Below are positions 30,902 through 41,389 of a stretch of 64,000 nt of DNA, one piece after another. The DNA is taken from assembly GCA_040377305.1 (NCBI GenBank), contig JBEIPA010000004.1, forward strand, positions 186,615 through 250,614. The letters are read 5' to 3'. Every line of letters starts with the position of its first letter. Position 1 is the first letter of the stretch. The position numbers and the translations under genes are program-made. The notes below the pieces were generated by a model. The model was not told the origin of the DNA, searched no databases, and was given only the letters and a program-made list of their open reading frames with translations. The stretch is from Flavobacteriales bacterium. Its GTDB lineage: Bacteria; Bacteroidota; Bacteroidia; Palsa-965.

Positions 30902-31774
30902 ATGCAACTCATCTCACCTTCCCGCTGGAAAGACTACGAACTCCTCGACTCCGGTCAGTTCGAAAAACTGGAACGTTTCGGGAAATTCATCACGATTCGT
31001 CCCGAGCCACAAGCGGTGTGGGATTCTGTTCTTCCACGCACAGATTGGTTAAAACTTGCGCACGTTGAGTTTGTTCCCAAAAGCAGCTCCGCAGGAGAAT
31101 GGAAGCAACTCAAGCGCGATGCTGTCGATCGCTGGAATATTCGTTATGCATTGCCGGGAGGAAAAGAAATTGTGATGCGATTGGCGCTCACCTCATTCAA
31201 ACACGTTGGAGTGTTTCCGGAGCAAGCAGCGAATTGGGATTATATCTACACGACTCTTCAGTCAATGAAGACAGAGAAACCAAAGTTTCTTAATCTCTTC
31301 GCATACACCGGCGGGGCAACTCTCGCGGCGCGTGCAGCTGGAGCAGATGTAACGCACGTTGATTCCATCAAACAAGTCGTAACGTGGGCGAATGAAAACA
31401 TGCAACATTCAGGCCTCGATAATATTCGCTGGATGGTTGACGACGCTCTGAAATTTGTGAAGAAAGAACAACGTCGCGGCAATACCTACAATGGAATTAT
31501 TCTCGATCCTCCTGCTTATGGCCACGGTCCTAACGGAGAAAAATGGAAACTCGAAGAGAACATCAACGAAATGGTTAAAGCTGTTGTTGATCTTCTCGAT
31601 CCGAAAGAACACTTTCTCATTCTCAACGCATACTCGCTTGGTTTTTCTGCCATGATATTGGAGAATCTTTTCCGCGACAGGAAGAAAGACCTGGAAGTCG
31701 GCGAACTCTTCCTGAATGCCAAACACGGCGGTGTTCTTCCACTGGGCGTATTTGGTAAGCTGAAGAATTTCTGA
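30902..31774 (+). CDS. Class I SAM-dependent methyltransferase (RlmI/RlmK-like)
   Basis: GVFPEQ, LNLFAYTGG and ILDPP motifs. Confidence 0.88.
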   Translation: MQLISPSRWKDYELLDSGQFEKLERFGKFITIRPEPQAVWDSVLPRTDWLKLAHVEFVPKSSSAGEWKQLKRDAVDRWNIRYALPGGKEIVMRLALTSFKHVGVFPEQAANWDYIYTTLQSMKTEKPKFLNLFAYTGGATLAARAAGADVTHVDSIKQVVTWANENMQHSGLDNIRWMVDDALKFVKKEQRRGNTYNGIILDPPAYGHGPNGEKWKLEENINEMVKAVVDLLDPKEHFLILNAYSLGFSAMILENLFRDRKKDLEVGELFLNAKHGGVLPLGVFGKLKNF

Positions 31775-31786
31775 TAGTTTTCCATT

Positions 31787-33736
31787 GTGAAAACCCATAT
31801 TCGCACCCCGTTTTTTCTTGGCATTTTTCTTATCCTGATTCAACTGACGTCTTTCGCTCAGCAGAAAGCAAAGATTGACTCTTTGCTGGAAGTAGCTGAA
31901 GATGCGGAAACAGATTCTGCTGCCGCGAACACTTACCGAAAGCTTTTCAACGCATTTGTTGTGTCGGACATGGACAGCGCAGAAATTTTTCTCGCGCTTG
32001 AGATGGAATATGCAACCAAATCGGGCAAACCCACACTGATTGCCGACGCGAATGAGGACTATGCGCGGATCGCCTGGCAGAGAAACAAAATGCCGGAAGC
32101 GCTGGGTTATCTTCAAACAACATTGAGCCTGCGGGAAAAGGTTGGCGATCAGAAATCCATTGCCAACTGCGAGAACAACATCGGCATCATTTACTGGAAC
32201 ATGAAGAACAGCGATGAGGCCCTGAAGCACTATCGCAAATCAATGGCTATGCGCATGCAATTGAATGACTCTGCAGGAATGGCCGCCTCTTACGGTAACA
32301 TGGGGTTGATTTTTCGGGAGTCAGGTAAAGCCGACAGCGCAGATCTTTATTACCGACGCTCCACGCAACTCCGGGAAATTCTAGGTGATCAGCAGGCCCT
32401 CGCAATCGCGTACAGCAACATGGCCATTCTGTACATCACAAGCGATCCCGATTCAGCTATTCTCTACACCGAGAAATCAATGGCCGCACACAAAGCGTTC
32501 AACGATATGTACGGCTATGCAGGTTGTCTGAACAACCTGGGCGTTGCTTATCGCAACAAAGGACTACTTGAGAAAGCAGAAGAGGCACAAAAAGAAGCTG
32601 CACGCCTGAGCATTGAGCTCGACAACAAAGAGGTCATGAAAAATGCATTCGGCGAACTTGCTTCTATCAATGCCGAGAAAGGAAACTACGCGGAGGCGTA
32701 TCGGTATTTCAATCTGAAAGATTCCTTAAAGGATCTTATCTATAACGAAAATATTTCACAGCAGGTAACCGAAGCCGGAGCGAAATACGAATCGGAGAAG
32801 AAGCAACACGAGAACGATCAACTCAAGGCCGATGCCGAAGAAGATGCAATGCTGAATAAATTTCTGATTGCACTCGCGTTACTTGGAGCGATCGTAACGG
32901 GATCGTTGTTCTACGCATATCGCAACAAGCGCAAATCGAATCAGCAACTCGCATTGCAGAATGCACAGATTGAATCGCAGAAGAAGGAAATTACGGACAG
33001 CATCAACTATGCACAGCGAATTCAACAGGCTATTCTTCCGCCGGAGACTACACTGAAGAAGCATTTTCCCGATTCATTCGTTTTCTACTTGCCGAAGGCA
33101 ATTGTGAGTGGCGATTTCTGGTGGATGCTTGAGAAAGACAATTATGTTTTCGTTGGTATTGCCGATTGCACGGGACACGGTGTACCGGGTGCATTCATGA
33201 GCATGCTCGGCATGGAAATGCTCAACGATATTGCACGTGAAACATCAGAGCCATCAGAAATTCTTGCGCGATTGAGTTCTGCAATCAAGCGCTCGTTGCG
33301 ACAAACCTCGGCAGAAACACAGAGCCGCGACGGAATGGACATAGCACTTCTGCGTTTTAATCTCAACACGCGCGAGCTCGTTTATGCCGGAGCAAATCGC
33401 CCGTTGTGGATTCGTAAAGCAAGTGGCGATGTGGTGGAACTCTCTGCAACGAAAGCTCCAATCGGTGGTCCCGCCGACGACTCTCAGCAATATGAATCGC
33501 ATAAAATTGCATTAGCAACGGGAGACACACTTTATGCTTTCACCGACGGATACGCAGATCAGTTCGGTGGCACAAAAGGCAAAAAACTAAAGACATCGGG
33601 AATGCGGGGGCTATTGGAACAGCACGCAATGCTACCTATGGTATTGCAGGAGCAAGAACTCTCGGCACACTTCCATCGCTGGCGCGGGAATCTCGAGCAG
33701 GTTGATGATGTGCTCGTTTGCGGAATCAGAATTTAA
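31787..33736 (+). CDS. Membrane TPR-sensor SpoIIE/PP2C-type phosphatase
   Basis: Signal peptide, TPR repeats, TM helix; SGDFWW, ADCTGHGVPGAFMS, DGMD, TDGYADQFGG and DDV motifs. Confidence 0.92.
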   Translation: MKTHIRTPFFLGIFLILIQLTSFAQQKAKIDSLLEVAEDAETDSAAANTYRKLFNAFVVSDMDSAEIFLALEMEYATKSGKPTLIADANEDYARIAWQRNKMPEALGYLQTTLSLREKVGDQKSIANCENNIGIIYWNMKNSDEALKHYRKSMAMRMQLNDSAGMAASYGNMGLIFRESGKADSADLYYRRSTQLREILGDQQALAIAYSNMAILYITSDPDSAILYTEKSMAAHKAFNDMYGYAGCLNNLGVAYRNKGLLEKAEEAQKEAARLSIELDNKEVMKNAFGELASINAEKGNYAEAYRYFNLKDSLKDLIYNENISQQVTEAGAKYESEKKQHENDQLKADAEEDAMLNKFLIALALLGAIVTGSLFYAYRNKRKSNQQLALQNAQIESQKKEITDSINYAQRIQQAILPPETTLKKHFPDSFVFYLPKAIVSGDFWWMLEKDNYVFVGIADCTGHGVPGAFMSMLGMEMLNDIARETSEPSEILARLSSAIKRSLRQTSAETQSRDGMDIALLRFNLNTRELVYAGANRPLWIRKASGDVVELSATKAPIGGPADDSQQYESHKIALATGDTLYAFTDGYADQFGGTKGKKLKTSGMRGLLEQHAMLPMVLQEQELSAHFHRWRGNLEQVDDVLVCGIRI

Positions 33737-33794
33737 CTTTCTCCAACCGCGGGATATGAACCCACGCGACGGAAGAAATTTCCCTTCACGTTTC

Positions 33795-33827
33795 GACTGC
33801 CTACTGCCCTACTGCTTACTGCCTACT
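33795..33827. repeat. Heptamer tandem repeat (CTGCCTA-like); related arrays at 30797-30878 and 53682-53726
   Basis: GACTGCCTACTGCCCTACTGCTTACTGCCTACT. Confidence 0.7.
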
Positions 33828-33990
33828 AGTATTTCTGCTTCTTCTTCCACTTCTTCGTCTTCTTTCCAAAGTCGTGATTCCCCGCAATAAGTTTCTTGTT
33901 GTTGTTCTGTGCTTTTTTGCATTGGCTCTGACAACTTCCCAGTGAGAGCGAGAGCACAAAAAATCCAGCGAGCGTGAGGTAGCGTAGCAT
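33826..33990 (-). CDS. Small basic lipoprotein (54 aa), absent from the ORF track
   Basis: MLRYLTLAGFFVLSLSLGSCQSQCKKAQNNNKKLIAGNHDFGKKTKKWKKKQKY*; lipobox LGSC. Confidence 0.7.
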   Translation of the reverse strand: MLRYLTLAGFFVLSLSLGSCQSQCKKAQNNNKKLIAGNHDFGKKTKKWKKKQKY

Positions 33991-34207
33991 TGGGGCCGCG
34001 TTTATTTTTCTAACGTAAATCTGCGAAAGAAATTGTTAAAAATGAGCTACGTATTTCAGGTGGTTTTAACATATGTAAATTGCGACTGCCTACAGTATGT
34101 GTGGAATGTTTGTGACAGAAGCATCTTTTAACAAACTTCCCTTAGTAAGACCCGTATCAGCTATAGCGAACGGCGTTATTAACACGTAAATTTGTTTGAT
34201 AGGCCCA

Positions 34208-37200
34208 ATGGAAAACAAGAGCACATACACCACACTGATTAGTAAACTTGACGAGTTCATTCGCAAGTACTACAAGAATCAACTCATTCGTGGTTCATTG
34301 TATACAGTGGCGATTGTTCTCGCAGGCTATCTAACAATTTCTCTTCTTGAATATTTCGCGCACTTCGATTCAATAGTTCGTACGGTTTTGTTCTGGTCTT
34401 TCCTTGCAGCAACAGCTTACGTGGTCGGAAAATTCATTGTGTTGCCATTGACAAAAATCAATCGCATCGGAAAAATTATTTCCCACGAACAAGCGGCAGA
34501 AATCATTGGGCGTCACTTCGGAAACGTGCAGGATAAATTGCTCAACGTTTTGCAGCTTCAGAAAACAGGAAGCGGAACCGGCGCAAGCAATGCACTTGTT
34601 GAAGCGAGCATCAATCAGCGCATCAGCGAACTCCGACCGGTTCCATTTACTTCGGCGATTGATCTTAAGCAAAACCGCAGATATGTAAAGTGGGCGTTGA
34701 TTCCGCTGCTCGCAATTGTGGTCATTGTTTTCACGAATGCAAATCTTCTCACAGAGAGTGCGAATCGTTTGGTGAACCACTCCGACTACTTCGAGGAACA
34801 AGCGCCATTCACTTTCAATATTCAAAACTCGCTTGAAGCCATTGAAAATGAGGACTTTACCCTCGACCTGAAAATGACCGGCGCCGAAGTTCCTGCGAAT
34901 GTGGTCCTGCTTGTCGATGGTAACGAGTACACCATGAGTCGTGAGAACACAATCGATTTCAGTTATGTGTTCCGCAACGTTCAGGGAGAAAAGACATTCC
35001 GCTTCTTCGCCGATGGATTTACTTCGAAAGAGTACATCCTGAAAGTTCTTCCGAATCCAATCGTACTCAACTTCGATGCGGAACTCAAGTATCCTGCTTA
35101 CACCGGGAAGAAAAACGAAACTGTTCGCAACACGGGCGATCTTGTTGTTCCTGCCGGTACTGTTATTAACTGGAATTTCTCAACGCGCTCTACCAATGCG
35201 TTTGTGATGAAATTCATTGACAGCACATACAAACTCGGTCAGGTTGGCGAAGACCGTTTTGAATTCACCAAGAAAGTACTCGAGAGCGAGCGCTACTCCT
35301 TACACACTTCAAATCAATTTCTGAAGGGGAAAGATTCAATCGACTACACCATCAGCGTTGTTCCCGATTTATATCCGGCAATTTCTGTCGAGGAGAAGAA
35401 AGATTCTATCTCCCGCCTCCGCCTCTACTTCACCGGAGAAGTAAAAGACGACTATGGTTTCTCGCGTTTGCAGTTTACTTACCGTCCGCTCAACAAGAAA
35501 GATTCTCTGGGCAACGATGTTGATCCTACCACACAATTTGTAACAATTCCTGTAAGAACAAACCTTGTACGCGACCAGTTCTATTACTTCTGGGATCTTT
35601 CTGCTCTTGGAATTGAAAGCGGAGATGAGATTGAGTACTACTTCGAAGTGTGGGACAATGATGCCGTGCACGGTGCAAAATCTACCCGTTCGCAACGGAT
35701 GATTTTCAAAGCGCCAACGGCGAAGGATCTTGCAAACATGAACGATTCTGCAAACGCGCAGATTGAAAAAGACCTGGAAGCAGCCCTCGAAGAATCGCGT
35801 ATGCTTCAGGAGGACATCGACAAGCTTCACCAGCAGATTCTCGAGAAGAAAAATGTAGGTTGGGAAGAAAAGCAAAAGCTGGATCAGCTTAAGACAAAAC
35901 AAGCCGCACTGCAACAGCGCATTGATCAGCTGAAGCAGCGCAACGCACAGAACCAACAACAACAACAGGAATTCAACCAGCAGGATCCAGAGCGCCAGCA
36001 GGAGATGGACGATCTCTTTAATCAGCTTTCTACCGAGGAAATTGAGAAGATGATTAAGAAGATGGAGGACTTGCAGAAGAATCCGAAAAAGGACGAAACG
36101 CAGAAGGCCCTCGAAGAGGCGAAGAAAGATCAGGAGAACACGGAGAAAGACCTTGATCGTACACTTGAGCAATTCCGTGAAATGCAGTTCCGCCAAAAGC
36201 TGGACGATGCAATTCAGAAACTTGATACACTGCAGAAGCAACAACAGGAACTCGCTAATCAATCGGAGCAAAAGAATCTGAGCAAGAAGGAGAAGGAGCA
36301 GATTGCAGCAAAACAAGACAGCCTGAATAAGGAGTTTAACGAATTGCGAAATGAACTCGATAAGGTTGATTCAATCAACCAGAAACTCGAAGAGCCACAC
36401 GAAATGCCGAATACGGATCTCAAGGAAATGGAGATTCAGAAAGATCAACGCGACGCCTCCAAAGAGATGAAAGACGGTGGCGATCCTAAAGAGGGCTCAG
36501 ACAAACAGCAAGACGCTTCAGATAAAATGGAGCAAATGGCTCAAAGCCTAAAGGAAGCCCAGGAAAGTATGGACAAGGAAGAGAACGCGGAAGATGTTCA
36601 GACAGTCCGCACCCTTCTCGACAATCTACTCCAGCTCTCATTTGATCAGGAAGCACTGAAGGATAAAGTGAAACAGACAGGCACGTCCGATCCGCAATAT
36701 CCTGCATTGGCACGCGAGCAAAATCGTTTACGTGATAATGCGCGCATGATCGAAGACTCATTGCTCGCTTTGACCAAGCGCAATCCACAGATCTCTCCAT
36801 TAGTAAATAAGGAAATCACGAACATCAACTTCAACATGGATCAATCCATACGGAAGTTGTCGGATCGTGAAACCGGCGAAGCGCAGAATGTTCAGCAACG
36901 TGCAATGACTTCCATCAACACACTTGCGTTGATGTTGAACGAATCGCTTGAGAACATGATGATGCAAATGAACCCGAAGAATCAGGGCGAGCCTAAAGAC
37001 TGTAAGGGAGGAAACTGCAAAAAGCCAGGCAATGGAAAGCCTAAGCCCGGATCAGGAGCTAAACCCGGAAAGCAAGGAAACAAGCCGGGCATGAGCGGCA
37101 TTCGTCAGCGTCAGGAAAAGTTGAATCAGCAAATGCGTAACGCCAAAGAGAAAGGTCAAAACGGCCAGGGTGGCGCAAGCGCGGAAGAGCTCGCGAAGAT

Positions 37201-37594
37201 GGCTGCCGAACAAGAGCAGATTCGTCGCCTAATGCAAGAGTCATTACAGGACACCGAGAACGATGGAGGCGGAACACCGGGCGGAGATGCTGCGGACAAA
37301 ATGGAAGAGACCGAAGAGGATCTCGTGAACAAGAACATCAATGCAGAAACCCTCGAGAGACAGCAACAGATTCTGGATAAGATGCTCGAGTTCGAAAAGG
37401 CAGAACAACAACGTGAGCAAGACGAACAACGTCAGGCGAACGAGGCGAAAAATTATGAATTAAGTAACCCTAACGGCTTTTCGGAGTATAACAGACAGAA
37501 ACAGCAAGAAGCTGAACTGTTGAGGACCGTTCCACCGGCGCTAGTGCCGTACTACAAGAACAAGGTCAACATGTACTTCAGCGGTGTTGAGTAA
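34208..37594 (+). CDS. DUF4175-like large membrane-anchored coiled-coil protein
   Basis: N-terminal TM helices, Ig-like middle (DDYGF, VWDND), long Q/E/K coiled coil; start moved to ATG 34208. Confidence 0.85.
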   Translation: MENKSTYTTLISKLDEFIRKYYKNQLIRGSLYTVAIVLAGYLTISLLEYFAHFDSIVRTVLFWSFLAATAYVVGKFIVLPLTKINRIGKIISHEQAAEIIGRHFGNVQDKLLNVLQLQKTGSGTGASNALVEASINQRISELRPVPFTSAIDLKQNRRYVKWALIPLLAIVVIVFTNANLLTESANRLVNHSDYFEEQAPFTFNIQNSLEAIENEDFTLDLKMTGAEVPANVVLLVDGNEYTMSRENTIDFSYVFRNVQGEKTFRFFADGFTSKEYILKVLPNPIVLNFDAELKYPAYTGKKNETVRNTGDLVVPAGTVINWNFSTRSTNAFVMKFIDSTYKLGQVGEDRFEFTKKVLESERYSLHTSNQFLKGKDSIDYTISVVPDLYPAISVEEKKDSISRLRLYFTGEVKDDYGFSRLQFTYRPLNKKDSLGNDVDPTTQFVTIPVRTNLVRDQFYYFWDLSALGIESGDEIEYYFEVWDNDAVHGAKSTRSQRMIFKAPTAKDLANMNDSANAQIEKDLEAALEESRMLQEDIDKLHQQILEKKNVGWEEKQKLDQLKTKQAALQQRIDQLKQRNAQNQQQQQEFNQQDPERQQEMDDLFNQLSTEEIEKMIKKMEDLQKNPKKDETQKALEEAKKDQENTEKDLDRTLEQFREMQFRQKLDDAIQKLDTLQKQQQELANQSEQKNLSKKEKEQIAAKQDSLNKEFNELRNELDKVDSINQKLEEPHEMPNTDLKEMEIQKDQRDASKEMKDGGDPKEGSDKQQDASDKMEQMAQSLKEAQESMDKEENAEDVQTVRTLLDNLLQLSFDQEALKDKVKQTGTSDPQYPALAREQNRLRDNARMIEDSLLALTKRNPQISPLVNKEITNINFNMDQSIRKLSDRETGEAQNVQQRAMTSINTLALMLNESLENMMMQMNPKNQGEPKDCKGGNCKKPGNGKPKPGSGAKPGKQGNKPGMSGIRQRQEKLNQQMRNAKEKGQNGQGGASAEELAKMAAEQEQIRRLMQESLQDTENDGGGTPGGDAADKMEETEEDLVNKNINAETLERQQQILDKMLEFEKAEQQREQDEQRQANEAKNYELSNPNGFSEYNRQKQQEAELLRTVPPALVPYYKNKVNMYFSGVE

Positions 37595-37595
37595 C

Positions 37596-38024
37596 ATGAC
37601 CCCCTTAGAAGAAATGATCCGGGAACAAAAAATTTCGTTTCCATCTGCGTCAGGAAATATTGTAATCGTAGAGAAGCTTATTAACGACATCTGTACTTCG
37701 TACCAGGTATCAGAAGATTACTACGGTAACATTCTGGTTGCGGTGACGGAAGCGGTTAATAACGCAATGCAACACGGCAACAAGCTTGATCCTAGCAAGA
37801 AGGTGGACGTTGAGTTTAAAGCAGGCGAAGAATCAATCACCTTCCTTGTACACGATCAAGGCGACGGCTTTGACTACAACACCCTCCCCGACCCTACCAA
37901 TCCGGAGAATCTCGAGAAGCCAAGTGGCCGTGGAGTTTTCCTGATGCGTCACCTCGCCGACAAAGTGGAATTCTCTGATGACGGCCGTACGGTGCACCTC
38001 AACTTCAGCGTATCTGCCAACTAA
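37596..38024 (+). CDS. RsbW-like anti-sigma/Ser kinase (HATPase_c_2)
   Basis: EAVNNAMQHGN, DQGDGF and GRGVFLM motifs. Confidence 0.9.
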   Translation: MTPLEEMIREQKISFPSASGNIVIVEKLINDICTSYQVSEDYYGNILVAVTEAVNNAMQHGNKLDPSKKVDVEFKAGEESITFLVHDQGDGFDYNTLPDPTNPENLEKPSGRGVFLMRHLADKVEFSDDGRTVHLNFSVSAN

Positions 38025-38027
38025 TGT

Positions 38028-38459
38028 ATGCCTACTGAAAGCATACTCTTTTTCTCAGACGGAATCCAATTCACATTACGCGACAAGGCGAAAGTGCGCT
38101 CTTGGTTAAAGCGCGTTGCTGCATCACACAAGAAGAATATTATTGAGCTGAACTACGTGTTTGTTTCGGACAGCAAACTTTATGAAATGAATCAGCAGTT
38201 TCTGTCTCACAACACCCTTACTGATATTATCACATTCCCTAATAGCGCTCCCAAAGGGTCTGTCTCTGGAGAAATTTTCATTAGCGTTGATCGTGTTAAG
38301 GACAACGCAACCGAATTCAGGCAATCATTCAAAGACGAATTGTGTCGTGTTATGGCACATGGTTTGTTGCACTTGTGCGGTTTCATAGACAAGGCGGAAA
38401 AGGATCAACGCGTCATGAGGAGCCAGGAAGAAAAAGCACTAGATTTACGTTCATTCTAA
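38028..38459 (+). CDS. ybeY: rRNA maturation endoribonuclease YbeY
   Basis: TDIITF, GEIFIS and HGLLHLCGF motifs. Confidence 0.93.
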   Translation: MPTESILFFSDGIQFTLRDKAKVRSWLKRVAASHKKNIIELNYVFVSDSKLYEMNQQFLSHNTLTDIITFPNSAPKGSVSGEIFISVDRVKDNATEFRQSFKDELCRVMAHGLLHLCGFIDKAEKDQRVMRSQEEKALDLRSF

Positions 38460-38505
38460 AAACCGCGTTGCGGTTCACGAATTCAAAAAATTAAAATAGA
38501 GACCA

Positions 38506-38970
38506 ATGAGTAAAACATTTTTAACTCTCGTTTTGTGTGCATCGCTCACGGCTGCATTTGCTCAAACTTCTAAGCCGGCCCCTGCGCCTGCTCCAGCGCC
38601 GACAACAGCTCAGTCTGCTCCTACTCTTTCAGCAAAGCAAAAGACGCTATGCAAGACGTGGAAGTTCACGGGCAGCGAATCTTTCGACCTGCCACAACCA
38701 CCCACAGAAGTTCAGAAGAATGACATCCTTAATCTCCAGGAAGGCGGGCGCTATCGTTTGATCCTTGACGGCGTTGCTGAAGGAGGAACATGGACTGTTG
38801 ATGCAAATTGTAAGTGGATCACGATGACAAGCGACGCTGGGGTAGTTAAGAAGTTCCAGGTTCTTGCTCAAACAGACGGATCATTGAAAGTGGACTACCG
38901 GGACGGTGATGGAACGCACAATGTGCTATTGTATGCTCCGGAAGGCAAAGCGGCTCCTGCAAATAAGTAA
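38506..38970 (+). CDS. Exported hypothetical protein, lipocalin-like
   Basis: Signal peptide, Pro/Ala linker, LCKTWK...GTW pattern. Confidence 0.7.
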   Translation: MSKTFLTLVLCASLTAAFAQTSKPAPAPAPAPTTAQSAPTLSAKQKTLCKTWKFTGSESFDLPQPPTEVQKNDILNLQEGGRYRLILDGVAEGGTWTVDANCKWITMTSDAGVVKKFQVLAQTDGSLKVDYRDGDGTHNVLLYAPEGKAAPANK

Positions 38971-39004
38971 ACAGAATTCGGGTTTTTACCCGCAAAGATA
39001 TCGC

Positions 39005-39043
39005 GCCCCGTCTCGTCAACATTTTGATGATACGGGGCTTTTT
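39005..39043 (+). terminator. Intrinsic terminator
   Basis: GCCCCGT/ACGGGGC stem plus T run. Confidence 0.65.
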
Positions 39044-39050
39044 CTTGTCT

Positions 39051-39066
39051 TGTTCCACGTGGAACG
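39051..39066. promoter_or_regulatory. parS-like site
   Basis: TGTTCCACGTGGAACG compared with consensus TGTTNCACGTGAAACA. Confidence 0.75.
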
Positions 39067-39157
39067 ACATGGAAGTCGCTTAGGCTTTTCCGTTATAAAG
39101 GAACCTAGTTGGGACAAGACTTGACTGGCCTACTTAGGAACTTACTACCTTTGTCAA

Positions 39158-41029
39158 ATGTCAGTGCTAGAAGATTATGATGTAATTGTGGTGGGTGCCG
39201 GTCATGCCGGTTGTGAGGCAGCTGCAGCAGCGGCGAATCTCGGATCTAAAACCCTTTTGGTAACAATGAATATGCAGACCATCGCCCAGATGAGCTGCAA
39301 TCCCGCAATGGGAGGTGTTGCCAAGGGACAAATTGTTCGGGAGATAGATGCATTGGGCGGATATTCGGGGATTGTAACAGATAAGACTGCGATTCAGTTC
39401 CGGATGCTTAACCGCTCTAAAGGTCCTGCGATGTGGAGTCCGCGTGCTCAATCAGATCGTTGGCGCTTTGCTGAAGAGTGGCGTTTAATGCTTGAGCGAA
39501 TTCCTAATTTGGATTTCTGGCAGGACATGATTTCCGGACTTCTTATTGAAGATGGCAAGTTGTGTGGTGTCGTTACCAGTATGGGGCTTGAGGTTCGGGG
39601 AAAGGCTGTGGTACTTACGAATGGAACCTTCCTGAATGGGAAGATTCATATTGGAGAGAAGAATTTTGGCGGAGGCAGAACAGGGGAGAAGGCAGCTACT
39701 GGAATTACCGAGCAACTTGTTAGTCTGGGCTTCGAAAGTGGTCGCATGAAAACCGGAACGCCGCCCCGGGTTGATGGCCGATCACTGGATTATTCTAAGA
39801 TGGAAGAGCAGCCAGGAGATGAGATCTGTGAGAAGTTTTCTTATTCTTCTGAAACCAGAAACTTAGAAAAGCAGCGCCCTTGCCATATCACTTACACGAA
39901 CGAGGCGGTGCATGAAATCCTGAAAACGGGATTCGAAAAGTCGCCTATGTATGCAGGCCGTATCGAAGGATTAGGTCCCCGATATTGCCCTTCCATTGAA
40001 GATAAGATTACACGATTTGCAGAACGAACCCGTCACCAGATTTTCGTTGAACCTGAGGGCTGGGATACGGTTGAAGTCTACGTAAATGGCTTCTCAACGT
40101 CCCTGCCTGAGGATGTCCAAATAAAGGCTTTAAAGTTGATTCCCGGTTTTGAGAATGTAAAGATGTTCCGACCTGGGTACGCGATCGAGTATGACTATTT
40201 TCCGCCTACACAATTGGACAACACGCTACAAACGAAACTAGTGAAAGGCTTGTATTTCGCTGGACAGATTAACGGAACAACGGGTTACGAAGAAGCGGCA
40301 TGTCAAGGATTGATGGCTGGCATAAATGCCCATTTGCAGGTTGCAGGACGGGCGCCTTTTACGCTTTCCCGATCTGAGGCATATATTGGGGTTCTGATTG
40401 ATGATCTTATCACAAAAGGAACTGAAGAGCCATATCGGATGTTTACGTCGCGTGCAGAATATAGAATATTGCTGCGCCAGGACAATGCCGATATCCGTTT
40501 GACTCCACTTGGACACAAACTTGGTTTGGCTTCCGATTCGCGTCTGAAACGAGTGGAGGAGAAGATTGCAAATGCGAATGCCATTATCAAATTCTTCCGC
40601 GATCAATCTGTTACTCCTGAAGAAGCAAACGGGTTTCTGAATTCAATTGATTCGGCACCAATCACACAAAAGGTAAAGCTCACATCTGTGTTGTCACGAC
40701 CGAATATTTCGATTTGGGATATGATTTCTGTTAGCCAGCCAGCTAAGGAATTCCTTTCCAAATATGGCAAGGAAGACATTGAGCAAGCTGAAATCAAGAT
40801 AAAGTACGAAGGTTATATCCAACGCGAATCTGAACTTGCAGACAAGATGCTGCGTCTGGATCACGTGGCTTTGGACGAGGACATGAACTACCATCAACTT
40901 GCTTCACTATCCAAGGAGGCAAAAGAGAAGCTTACCAGGATGCGCCCAACTTCTTTAGGACAAGCATCGCGCATCAGCGGCATTTCACCGGCTGATATTT
41001 CCGTATTGATGATTTACGTAGGCCGCTAG
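39158..41029 (+). CDS. mnmG: tRNA uridine-5-carboxymethylaminomethyl(34) synthesis enzyme MnmG/GidA
   Basis: [37 protein letters not shown] and [13 protein letters not shown] motifs. Confidence 0.98.
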   Translation: MSVLEDYDVIVVGAGHAGCEAAAAAANLGSKTLLVTMNMQTIAQMSCNPAMGGVAKGQIVREIDALGGYSGIVTDKTAIQFRMLNRSKGPAMWSPRAQSDRWRFAEEWRLMLERIPNLDFWQDMISGLLIEDGKLCGVVTSMGLEVRGKAVVLTNGTFLNGKIHIGEKNFGGGRTGEKAATGITEQLVSLGFESGRMKTGTPPRVDGRSLDYSKMEEQPGDEICEKFSYSSETRNLEKQRPCHITYTNEAVHEILKTGFEKSPMYAGRIEGLGPRYCPSIEDKITRFAERTRHQIFVEPEGWDTVEVYVNGFSTSLPEDVQIKALKLIPGFENVKMFRPGYAIEYDYFPPTQLDNTLQTKLVKGLYFAGQINGTTGYEEAACQGLMAGINAHLQVAGRAPFTLSRSEAYIGVLIDDLITKGTEEPYRMFTSRAEYRILLRQDNADIRLTPLGHKLGLASDSRLKRVEEKIANANAIIKFFRDQSVTPEEANGFLNSIDSAPITQKVKLTSVLSRPNISIWDMISVSQPAKEFLSKYGKEDIEQAEIKIKYEGYIQRESELADKMLRLDHVALDEDMNYHQLASLSKEAKEKLTRMRPTSLGQASRISGISPADISVLMIYVGR

Positions 41030-41049
41030 AGCCCATTGTTGTTTTCTTG

Positions 41050-41084
41050 AAAGGGCGTTGAGTTTAGTACTCAACGCCCTTTTT
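41050..41084. terminator. Bidirectional intrinsic terminator after mnmG
   Basis: AAAGGGCGTTGAGT/ACTCAACGCCCTTT 14-bp stem. Confidence 0.85.
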
Positions 41085-41105
41085 CGGCTTTCCACTGCTC
41101 CAAAC

Positions 41106-41121
41106 TGTTTCACATGGAACA
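41106..41121. promoter_or_regulatory. parS-like site
   Basis: TGTTTCACATGGAACA. Confidence 0.7.
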
Positions 41122-41275
41122 AGTACAATCGGACTTGAGAGCTGAACTATTCTTGATTCGTGAAAACGTACACAATTCCAGAAACATATATTTAGAAATA
41201 TCGTAAACAATATGAAGCACAAATAGTTACGACTATTCGGTGGCACTTCTACAGATCATATTATGCCACAAAACA

Positions 41276-41291
41276 TGTTTCACGTGGAACA
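41276..41291. promoter_or_regulatory. parS site
   Basis: TGTTTCACGTGGAACA, followed by DnaA-box-like TGTGGAAAT and TGTGAATAA. Confidence 0.85.
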
Positions 41292-41389
41292 TGTGGAAAT
41301 TGTGAATAAAATGTGCGTCAATTGAAGCATTAATAAGTCTGTAATCGACGATAAATCAGTATACTTGTATACTAATTAAACCGTATTGT

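Noticed and set aside
31409-32230. 273-aa minus-strand ORF
   Set aside because: Antisense to two well-supported plus-strand genes
35369-36316. 315-aa Leu-rich minus-strand ORF
   Set aside because: Antisense reading of the Gln/Glu/Lys-rich coiled coil of the DUF4175 gene
41030-41389. oriC downstream of mnmG
   Set aside because: Has parS sites but only about two DnaA-like boxes and no trio run; the nadA-rpiB spacer fits better, though this site is not fully excluded
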